Positions 35,838-43,497 of a DNA stretch of 64,000 nucleotides are shown in pieces; positions within the stretch are counted from its first letter, which is position 1; each line of letters opens with the position of its first letter. The stretch is from contig DASRRJ010000018.1 of assembly GCA_035656915.1 (NCBI GenBank), positions 49,816 through 113,815 on the forward strand. The letters are read 5' to 3'. The translations under genes were made by a program, and so were the position numbers. Source of the stretch: Anaeromyxobacteraceae bacterium (lineage in GTDB: Bacteria > Myxococcota > Myxococcia > Myxococcales > Anaeromyxobacteraceae). Under the pieces are notes generated by a model. It did no database searches, had not been told where the DNA came from, and saw only the letters and a list, made by a program, of their open reading frames with translations.

Positions 35838-36887
35838 ATGCTCGAGCGCAGCGACGACGGAAGGCCTTTCCGGATCCCACGCTGGAAGCTCACGCCGTGC
35901 TGCGCCCTGGGCGCTCACGCCGCCGCGGGCCCTCGCGCCGCCGTCGCACCGGCGAGCGGCAGCCCGGCCGCCGATCCGCCCGCGGCTCCCGCTGGCAGGC
36001 AGTACCCGCCGCCGCCGCCGGCGGTGAGCCCGGTCGAGGGGCTCATCGACCTGCACGTCCACAGCGCCCCCGACGTCTTCGGCCGGGCCCTCGACGACGA
36101 GGACGCCGCCCGCACCTTCCGCGACCGCGGGCTGGAGGCCTTCGCCATCAAGGGCCACACCACGGTCACCGCCGACCGCGCCTGGCTGGCGCGCCGCCAC
36201 GTGCAGGGGATCGGGGTCTACGGCGGCGTGGTCCTGAACGGCGCCGCGGGCGGCCTCAACCCCGAGGCGGTGGAGTGGATGGCCCGAGTCCAGGGCTCGT
36301 ACGGGCGGCTGGTCTGGTTCCCGACCTTCGACGCCGACCACCACGTGCGGCACTTCCGCAACGGGCCGTCGGGCATTGGCGTCCTCGACGCGGAGGGGCG
36401 GGTGCTCCCGGCGGCGCGGCGCGTGCTCGAGGCCTGCGCCCGCCAGACGCTGGTGGTCTGCACCGGGCACCTGTCGGCGGCCGAGTCGCTCGCCGTGGTG
36501 CGTGCGGCGCGGGAGGTGGGCTGCGAGCGCATCAGCGTCACCCACGCGATGATGGAGGTGCCCGGCTTCACCCTGGAGCAGCTGCGAGAGGCGGCGGGGC
36601 TCGGCGCGAAGCTGGAGCTGGCCGCGCTCGGCCTACTCATGGGCCCCGACGCCCACCTCGCCTGGATGCGCGAGTGGCGGCGCGTCACCCACGCCGACAT
36701 GGCGGCGGCGATCCGCGCCATCGGCGCGCGGCACTTCCACCTCTCCACCGACCTCGGGCAGACGGGCAACCCCGTCCCCGCCGACGGCTACGCGCTGCTC
36801 GTCGAGGGGCTCCTGGCCGAGGGGATCACGCGCGACGAGATCCGGGTGATGGGGCGCGAGGTGCCGGGGGCGCTCCTGCTCGGCTGA
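35838..36887 (+). CDS. Metal-dependent TIM-barrel hydrolase-like protein (amidohydrolase-related), N-terminal signal-like region
   Basis: The ORF was trimmed to Met42. It has IDLHVHSAPD (HxH), ...CTGHLS, ISVTHAMME and HLSTDLGQ histidine motifs that suggest an amidohydrolase-like metal site. The family is not pinned down. Confidence 0.5.
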   Translation: MLERSDDGRPFRIPRWKLTPCCALGAHAAAGPRAAVAPASGSPAADPPAAPAGRQYPPPPPAVSPVEGLIDLHVHSAPDVFGRALDDEDAARTFRDRGLEAFAIKGHTTVTADRAWLARRHVQGIGVYGGVVLNGAAGGLNPEAVEWMARVQGSYGRLVWFPTFDADHHVRHFRNGPSGIGVLDAEGRVLPAARRVLEACARQTLVVCTGHLSAAESLAVVRAAREVGCERISVTHAMMEVPGFTLEQLREAAGLGAKLELAALGLLMGPDAHLAWMREWRRVTHADMAAAIRAIGARHFHLSTDLGQTGNPVPADGYALLVEGLLAEGITRDEIRVMGREVPGALLLG

Positions 36888-37079
36888 CGGGCTGATCGCC
36901 GGCTGGCCGCCGTGGCTGGCCCGCCTTCGCCGGCCGCCCGCGTGGCCGCTTGCGCGCTGGTGATCGAGGGGACGCTCCGCCTCCCCGGCTCCCCGCTGGG
37001 TTGCGGCGCTCCGGTGGGGTTTCCATCCTCCTTGCAAGCGGGCCGTGGGGAAACCGGTCCGGGCGGGGGACGGGGGCCG

Positions 37080-37406
37080 ATGCTCGAAGCGAGGTTCGAG
37101 GAGAGGAGGGGTGCACTTCTGGTGACCCCGCTGGCGGCGTTGGACGCCGAGGCCGCGCCGGAGCTGCGGCGGGTCGTCGGGGAACGCGCCAGCGGGAGGT
37201 CGCTGGTCGTCGTCTCCCTGGCACAGGTCCGGGAGGTGGACTCCTCCGGGCTGGCGGGGCTCCTGGCGGTGCTGAAGCGGATGGCGCCCGGCGGCGAGCT
37301 GCGGCTCGCGGCCGTCCCACCTCGCACGCGCGACATCCTGATGGCGACCCATCTCGACGAGGTGTTTCCGCAATTCGAGGATGCGGCCGCCGCCCTGCGG
37401 CGATGA
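37080..37406 (+). CDS. STAS-domain anti-sigma-factor antagonist (SpoIIAA/RsbV-like)
   Basis: 108 aa. VVVSLAQVREVDSSGLAGLLAVLKR carries the conserved phosphorylatable Ser in a DSSG context. Its stop overlaps the GT2 start as ATGA. Confidence 0.8.
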   Translation: MLEARFEERRGALLVTPLAALDAEAAPELRRVVGERASGRSLVVVSLAQVREVDSSGLAGLLAVLKRMAPGGELRLAAVPPRTRDILMATHLDEVFPQFEDAAAALRR

Positions 37407-39250
37407 TCCCGACCGCTCCAGAGACCCGCGAGCGGTGGTACTTCTCGCGCTACGAGGACCGGCTCCCCGCGGAGCCGCTCCGGGTCAGCCCGGCGCGCGA
37501 CTTCGCTTTCCAGGCCCTGGCGGTGCTCGCGACGGCCCTCGGGGTGCACTACCTCGTCTGGCGCTGGGGGTGGTCGCTGAACCCGGACGCCCTGGCCTTC
37601 TCCGTGGCGGTCGCCGTCGCCGAGACGCTGGCCTTCCTGGGCGCGACCCTGTTCTTCCTGTCGGTGTGGAGGATCCAGGATCCGGTGGTCCGGCCGCCGC
37701 CCCGCACGGCGAACGAGATCCGCGAGACGCCGCTCCCGATCGACCGACCCATCCGCGTGGACGTGCTCATCGCCACCTTCAACGAGCCGGTGGAGCTGGT
37801 GCGACTGTCGGTGCAGGACGCCAAGCGGCTCGGCTACCCCCACCCGCTCACGCTCCGGATCCACGTCCTCGACGACGGGCGGCGCCCGGCGATGGCCCGC
37901 ATGGCGCGGGAGGAGGGGGTCGGCTACCTGACGCGCTCCGGAAACCAGGGGTTCAAGGCGGGGAACCTGCGGAACGGCCTCGAGCAGACCGACGGTGACC
38001 TGGTCGTGATCTGCGACGCGGACACCCGCCCGCTGCCCGGCCTGCTCGCCGACACGCTCGGCCACTTCCGCGACCCGAGCGTCGCCTGGGTGCAGACGCC
38101 GCAGTGGTTCTACGACGTCGATCCGGGCACCCCGCTGCCGGAGTGGCTGGCGCGCGCGGCGCGGCTGGGGCGGCCGGGGAGGCTGATCGGGCGGATGCTC
38201 GAGGCGGTGATCGGGCCGGTGGCGGTGGGCGCCGATCCGCTCGCCGCCGATCCGGCCGCCTTCTACGAGATCGTCCAGCGGGGCCGGAACTGGTGCAACG
38301 CCTCCTTCTGCTGCGGTGCCGGGAGCATCCACCGGCGCGAGGCGGTGATGGAGGCCGCGCTCAAGGACTTCGGGCGCCGGGTCACCGAGTCGGTGCGCCC
38401 CTGGACGGCGAAGGTGCGCGACCCGGAGCTCCGCGAGGCGCTGAGGACGGCCTTGGTCGCCCAGGCAGCGCGCCACGCGGAGCTCACCCCCTACCGCTTC
38501 CACGTCTCCGAGGACATCTACACGAGCATCGCGCTCCACGCCGATCCCGAGCGCCGCTGGCGCTCCGTCTACCACCCGCGGGCGCTCACCCGCATGCTCT
38601 CGCCCCAGGATCTCCCTGCCTGGACGGTGCAGCGCTTCAAGTACGCCGCCGGGACGCTCGACATCGGCTGGCGCGACAACCCGCTGCGGCTCCCGGGGCT
38701 GACTCCCTGGCAGAAGCTCATGTACGGGGCCACCATCTACGCCTACCTGGCGCCGCTCTGGACCATCCCGCTGCTGTTCTCGCCGCTCGCCTACTTCTTC
38801 ATCGGGGTGACGCCGGTGCGCGCCTTCGACGCCGCCTTCTTCGGAAACCTCATCCCCTTCCTGCTGGCGAGCCGGCTCGCGTTCGCCGTCCGCGCCTGGG
38901 GCGTGCCCACCTGGCGCGCCGAGCAGTTCCACCTCGCCTCGTGCTGGCTGAACCTGCGGGCGCTGGGGCACGTGCTGGCCGGCCGCCCGCTGCGCTTCGA
39001 GGTCACGCCCAAATCGGGCGCGCGCCGGCGCTCGCTCTCGCTCGTGGCGCCGCACCTGGCGTTCATGGCCGCGGCGGTGGTCGGGATCGCCTACCGCGGC
39101 GCGCGGCTGGCCGCGGACTCGGGCCCGCCCCACGCGACCGCCTTCGCCTCCAACGTCTTCTGGGCCGCGCACACCAGCCTGTGCTTCCTGCCCTTCATCC
39201 TCGCCGCGCTGGCGGTCTCGCTCCGGCGCGAGGGGGGAGGAGCGCGATGA
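37403..39250 (+). CDS. Family-2 processive glycosyltransferase, cellulose-synthase (BcsA/CrdS)-like, membrane-embedded
   Basis: 615 aa. Two N-terminal TM helices are followed by GT-A motifs (DVLIATFNEP, HVLDDG, ICDADT = D, D, D) and a Q(R)xRW-like QRFKYAAG. There are 6 C-terminal TM helices. No PilZ domain is present. Confidence 0.8.
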   Translation: MIPTAPETRERWYFSRYEDRLPAEPLRVSPARDFAFQALAVLATALGVHYLVWRWGWSLNPDALAFSVAVAVAETLAFLGATLFFLSVWRIQDPVVRPPPRTANEIRETPLPIDRPIRVDVLIATFNEPVELVRLSVQDAKRLGYPHPLTLRIHVLDDGRRPAMARMAREEGVGYLTRSGNQGFKAGNLRNGLEQTDGDLVVICDADTRPLPGLLADTLGHFRDPSVAWVQTPQWFYDVDPGTPLPEWLARAARLGRPGRLIGRMLEAVIGPVAVGADPLAADPAAFYEIVQRGRNWCNASFCCGAGSIHRREAVMEAALKDFGRRVTESVRPWTAKVRDPELREALRTALVAQAARHAELTPYRFHVSEDIYTSIALHADPERRWRSVYHPRALTRMLSPQDLPAWTVQRFKYAAGTLDIGWRDNPLRLPGLTPWQKLMYGATIYAYLAPLWTIPLLFSPLAYFFIGVTPVRAFDAAFFGNLIPFLLASRLAFAVRAWGVPTWRAEQFHLASCWLNLRALGHVLAGRPLRFEVTPKSGARRRSLSLVAPHLAFMAAAVVGIAYRGARLAADSGPPHATAFASNVFWAAHTSLCFLPFILAALAVSLRREGGGAR

Positions 39251-40590
39251 GCTTCCTGCGCGGGCTGCTGACGGCGCGCTCCCACCTCGCCTTCCTGGTG
39301 GGGCTGACCGCCGCCGTGGCGGTGGTCCGGATCACCTCGCGGCTGGGCCGCGCCGGGGAGGCGACGACGCTCCGCGAGCTGGTGGCGCCGCTCCCGCGGT
39401 CGCTGCCGCTGCGGGCTCCGGGGCGCGTCGGCGCCCGCGAGCGATCGCTGGCGCGGGCCGCCTTCGCCTACCTGGAGCGCAACACCGATGAGGCCACCGG
39501 GCTGGCGCGCTCGGTGGCCGGGTATCCCTCCACCACCATGTGGGAGGTGGGCTCGCAGCTCATGGCACTGCTCGCCGCGGAGGATCTCGACCTGGTCTCG
39601 CGCGACGGGGCGCGGCGCCGCGCCGCCCGGGTGGTCTCCGCGCTCGCCTCGCTGCCGCTCTGCGACGGGAGGCTGCCGAACAAGGCCTACGACACGCGGA
39701 CCCTCGCGATGGTGGATTACGGCAACCGGCCCGCCCCCGAGGGGATCGGCTGGTCCGCGCTCGATCTGGGCCGCGTCCTCTCCGCGCTCGGCCTGGTGAT
39801 GCGCCGCTACCCTGAGCTCGCGCCTCAGATCGAGCGGGCGACCGCGAGCTGGGACCTGCAGGCGCTGAGCGACGGTGACGTGCTCCGGGGCGCCACGCGC
39901 CGGCCCACCGGCGAGCTGGAGCGCCATCAGGAGGGGCGGCTGGGGTACGAGCAGTACGCCGCGCGGGCGCTCCTGCCCTGGGGGGTCGCCGCCTCGAGCG
40001 CGCTCGACTACCGCTCCCACCTCGCCGCGGCCGAGATCTACCGAATGGCCGTGCCGGTGGACGACCGCCGGCCGGAGGATCACGGCGGGACGCACGCCGC
40101 GGTCCTCTCCGAGCCGTGGATCCTCGCCGGGATCGAGCAGGGGTTCGACGCGGTCAGCGAGGCGCTGGCGCGGCGGGTGCTCGAGGTGCAGGCGCGCCGG
40201 GCCGACGGGACCGGGCGGATCACCGCCTTCTCGGAGGACGCCATCGACCGGCCGCCCGGCTTCGCCTACTCGGCGATCCTGAACGGCGGTCGCTCCTGGA
40301 CCGCCTTCGCGGCCGACGGCTCCCCCGCGCCCGCCACCTTTTCGACCAAGGCCGCGCTCGGCTGGGCCGCGCTCTTCGGCGGCCCCTACTCCGACCGGCT
40401 GCGGGAGGCCGCGCTGGCGCTGGTGGCGCCGGGCGCCGGCGCCTGGGCCGGGCGCTACGACGCCGGCGGCGAGGTGAACCGGGTGCTCTCGCTCAACACC
40501 AACGCGGTGATCCTGGAGGCGCTCTCGTACCAGCTGCGAGGTCCGTTCTCGCGTCGCCCGGTCCGGCTGCCGCGGCAGGTGGCGCGATGA
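39247..40590 (+). CDS. Conserved large-domain protein (DUF3131-like by recollection), paralog A, N-terminal TM anchor
   Basis: Its start overlaps the GT2 stop as ATGA. 447 aa. It shares the motifs GYPSTT/SVW(E/D)(V/L)GS, LPNKAYDT, G(I/W)SALDLGR, EGRLGYEQYAA and NTNAVILE with the downstream paralog. The DUF3131 label is from memory. Confidence 0.6.
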   Translation: MSFLRGLLTARSHLAFLVGLTAAVAVVRITSRLGRAGEATTLRELVAPLPRSLPLRAPGRVGARERSLARAAFAYLERNTDEATGLARSVAGYPSTTMWEVGSQLMALLAAEDLDLVSRDGARRRAARVVSALASLPLCDGRLPNKAYDTRTLAMVDYGNRPAPEGIGWSALDLGRVLSALGLVMRRYPELAPQIERATASWDLQALSDGDVLRGATRRPTGELERHQEGRLGYEQYAARALLPWGVAASSALDYRSHLAAAEIYRMAVPVDDRRPEDHGGTHAAVLSEPWILAGIEQGFDAVSEALARRVLEVQARRADGTGRITAFSEDAIDRPPGFAYSAILNGGRSWTAFAADGSPAPATFSTKAALGWAALFGGPYSDRLREAALALVAPGAGAWAGRYDAGGEVNRVLSLNTNAVILEALSYQLRGPFSRRPVRLPRQVAR

Positions 40591-42569
40591 GGGCGCTGGG
40601 CCTGTCCGCGCTCCTCCTGGCCGCGCGGGTGGCCGGCGCCCAGCAGCAGTGCCCCGCGCCGGCCCCCCCGCCCTCGCCCGAGGCGGCCTCCGTCGCGCGG
40701 GTGGCCTGGACCTACTTCGAGCGCAACTATCGCCCGGAGACCGGCATGGTGGACTCGGTCGAGGGCTACCCGAGCACCTCGGTGTGGGACCTCGGCTCCT
40801 CGATCCTGGCAACGGTCGCGGCGCGCCGGCTCGGCGTGCTCTCCGAGCCGGACTTCGACCGGCGCGTGCGAGCGCTGCTGGGGACGCTCTCGCGGCTGCC
40901 GCTCTTCGAGGGCGAGCTCCCGAACAAGGCCTACGACACCACCACCGGAGGGATGACCGACTACGCGAACAGGCCCTCGCCCGGCGGGATCGGCGTGTCG
41001 GCGCTCGACCTCGGGCGGCTCGCGGCCGCGCTGCGCGCGCTCGCCTGCGCGGAGCCGGCGCTCCGGCCGGAGGTGGAGCGGGTGCTGGCGCGCTGGCGCT
41101 GGTGCCGGCTGCTCGGCGACGGAGAGCTGCACGGGATGCTGCGGGGCGGCGCGGGCGCCGTGCAGGTGGTGCAGGAGGGACGGCTCGGCTACGAGCAGTA
41201 CGCGGCCGAGGGGCTGGCCGGGCTCGGGCTCGACGTCGCTCGCGCGCGCCGCTACGACCGCCACTCCGCCGAGGAGGTGATCCTGGGCGTGCCGGTGCGG
41301 CGCGACGCGCGCGACGCCCGCCGCTTCGGTGCGGTGGACGCGCTCGTGACCGACCCCTGGGTCCTCTCCGCGCTCGAGTACGGCCCCGACGCGGCCCGCG
41401 CGCCGCTGCTGCGGCGGCTCTTCGAGGTCCAGAAGCGGCGCTGGCAGCGCACCGGCGTGGTCACCGCCGCGAGCGAGGACCACGTCGACCGGGCGCCCTG
41501 GTTCGTCTACGACGCCGTCTGGGCGGACGGCGGCGCCTGGAAGGCGGTGACGCCGGAGGGGCGCGAGGTCCCCGAGCTGCGCGGGCTCTCGGTGAAGGCC
41601 GCCTTCGCCCTGGCGGCGCTCTTCCCGATCGACCCCTATGCGCAGGTCCTGCTGCAGGCGGCCGGCCGCGCCTACGATCCGGGGCGGGGGTTCTTCGCGG
41701 GGGTCTACGAGCGCGGCGGCCTGAACCGCTCGGTGAACGCCAACACCAACGCGGTCATCCTGGAGGTGCTGCTCTTCCAGCGCTCCGGCCCCTTGCTGGG
41801 CTGTGGGAGCTGCGCGCAGGAGCCGGCCGGGGCGGCGCTGCGCCTTCCGGCGGGCGCGCGGAGCTGCCCAGCGGTCGCCCGGACGAGCGCGCCGGGCGGC
41901 GGCGCCGGGCTAGAGAGCGCAGCCGGGCTCGGGCCCAAGCCGCCGCTCCTCGCGCCGGTGAGCACCGGCACCCGCTTCCTGCGCCTCGACGGCACCTTCT
42001 TCCTGGGCTACCGCGGCCTCGACGGTCCGACCGCCGGCGGGGTCGCGACCGCCTGGCTCGGCCGCGCCATCTTCCTGCGGCTCGGAGGCGAGGGCACCCC
42101 CAACTCCACCTACGGCCACTCCCGGTTCCTGTGGGGCTTCGGCTACGACGACTGGCGGGACAACACCTTCTTCCTCCACGTGGACAACTGGGGGCCCATC
42201 CGGCTCGAGGACAGCCTCTCGCGCTCGGCCGAGGTGAACGCGGGCTACCGCCTCCCGACCCTCTGCGCGAAGAGCTGGCTCTGCGCCTCCCCGGTCGCGC
42301 AGGTCACCACGCCGTTCGTGGGCGGGCCGTACCTGAGCGCTCGCGTGAACGTCACCTTCTGGAAGGACTGGTTCCTGATGGGCGGGCTCGGCTGGACCGT
42401 GCCCGGCGTGCTGCCCGGTCCGCTCGGCACGCCGAGCTGGCGGGTCATGTACGGGCTCGGCCGCTGGAGCTGGAAGCCCGGGAGCGTCTACGTCACCTAT
42501 TACGACTGGGGGCCCGATTCGCACAGCGGCAACGGGATCCTCGCCATCGGCATCAACTGGGCGTTCTAG
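40587..42569 (+). CDS. Conserved large-domain protein (DUF3131-like), paralog B, fused to a C-terminal putative outer-membrane beta-barrel domain
   Basis: ATGA overlap again. A signal peptide is present (MRALGLSALLLAARVAGAQQ). The region 30-430 is paralogous to the preceding gene. The C-terminal roughly 200 aa are rich in alternating aromatic/Gly beta-strand patterns and end in ...GINWAF, a terminal Phe typical of OM beta-barrels. Confidence 0.6.
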   Translation: MRALGLSALLLAARVAGAQQQCPAPAPPPSPEAASVARVAWTYFERNYRPETGMVDSVEGYPSTSVWDLGSSILATVAARRLGVLSEPDFDRRVRALLGTLSRLPLFEGELPNKAYDTTTGGMTDYANRPSPGGIGVSALDLGRLAAALRALACAEPALRPEVERVLARWRWCRLLGDGELHGMLRGGAGAVQVVQEGRLGYEQYAAEGLAGLGLDVARARRYDRHSAEEVILGVPVRRDARDARRFGAVDALVTDPWVLSALEYGPDAARAPLLRRLFEVQKRRWQRTGVVTAASEDHVDRAPWFVYDAVWADGGAWKAVTPEGREVPELRGLSVKAAFALAALFPIDPYAQVLLQAAGRAYDPGRGFFAGVYERGGLNRSVNANTNAVILEVLLFQRSGPLLGCGSCAQEPAGAALRLPAGARSCPAVARTSAPGGGAGLESAAGLGPKPPLLAPVSTGTRFLRLDGTFFLGYRGLDGPTAGGVATAWLGRAIFLRLGGEGTPNSTYGHSRFLWGFGYDDWRDNTFFLHVDNWGPIRLEDSLSRSAEVNAGYRLPTLCAKSWLCASPVAQVTTPFVGGPYLSARVNVTFWKDWFLMGGLGWTVPGVLPGPLGTPSWRVMYGLGRWSWKPGSVYVTYYDWGPDSHSGNGILAIGINWAF

Positions 42570-42594
42570 AGGTCGAGAGGGGAGGGGCGCGAGA

Positions 42595-43497
42595 ATGAGA
42601 GGGCGTGGCGGGTTCCTGCTGGCGGCGTCGGCGGCGCTGGCGATGGGCTGCGGCCTCATGCCGCCGGAGAAGCCCGGGACGACCCAGCAGTCGACGCCGA
42701 CGCCTCCGCCGGTGCCCGGGCCCACCCAGACGCCGTCGCCCGCTCCGTCCTCGGGGCTGCCGTCCCCGCTGCCCGGCTACCACCTGCTCTGGCACGACGA
42801 GTTCGACGGCGCGGGCCTCGACCCGACGAAGTGGACCGCCTCGACCGGCCCTCGACGCGACGCGACGCTCACCACCGACGCGATCTCGGTCCACGACGGG
42901 CTGCTCACCGTCACCACCTACACCGACGGCGGGAAGCACTACACCGGCTTCCTCACCACCGGCAGCGCCTTCCAGCCGACCTTCGGGTACTTCGAGGCGC
43001 GGATCCGCTTCAACGACGCGCCCGGGGAGTGGTGCGCCTTCTGGCTCCTCTCGCCGACGAACGGGGTCCCGCTCGGAGATCCGGCCACGGCGGGCGCCGA
43101 GGTGGACATCGTCGAGCACCGTGTCACCGACCCGAAGGGCTGGGACGCGCTGCGCGACCTCGTCAAGGAGGAGGTGCACTGGGACGGGTACGGCGCCGAC
43201 CGGAAGGACTCGCCGGAGCACACCGTCCCGCTCGCCGGCGGCGGTCCCGTGCAAGGCGCCTGGCACACCTACTCGGTGCTCTGGACGGACGCGGGCTACT
43301 GGTTCTACGCGGACGGATCGCTGCTCTGGAACTACGACCAGGGGCTCTCGAAGCGGGGCGAGCAGGTGCTGCTCACCTGCGAGGTCGAGGACGGCACCTG
43401 GGCGGGCTACGTCCCGGCCGGCGGCTACGGCTCGCTGGCCAGCAGCGCCACCCACATGGACGTGGACTGGGTGCGGGTCTGGGCGCCGGGGCCGTAG
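42595..43497 (+). CDS. Glycoside hydrolase family 16 lipoprotein (endo-beta-1,3/1,3-1,4-glucanase-like)
   Basis: GGGGAGGGG SD. The signal peptide has a lipobox (LAMGCG) and a Pro/Thr-rich linker. The catalytic GH16 motif EVDIVEH (ExDxxE) and a jelly-roll-type sequence are present. Confidence 0.8.
   Translation: MRGRGGFLLAASAALAMGCGLMPPEKPGTTQQSTPTPPPVPGPTQTPSPAPSSGLPSPLPGYHLLWHDEFDGAGLDPTKWTASTGPRRDATLTTDAISVHDGLLTVTTYTDGGKHYTGFLTTGSAFQPTFGYFEARIRFNDAPGEWCAFWLLSPTNGVPLGDPATAGAEVDIVEHRVTDPKGWDALRDLVKEEVHWDGYGADRKDSPEHTVPLAGGGPVQGAWHTYSVLWTDAGYWFYADGSLLWNYDQGLSKRGEQVLLTCEVEDGTWAGYVPAGGYGSLASSATHMDVDWVRVWAPGP

Noticed and set aside
36788-39172. 794-aa minus ORF antisense to the GT2 operon
   Set aside because: Extreme Arg/Pro/Gly low complexity. 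The + strand holds a motif-rich GT2 synthase.
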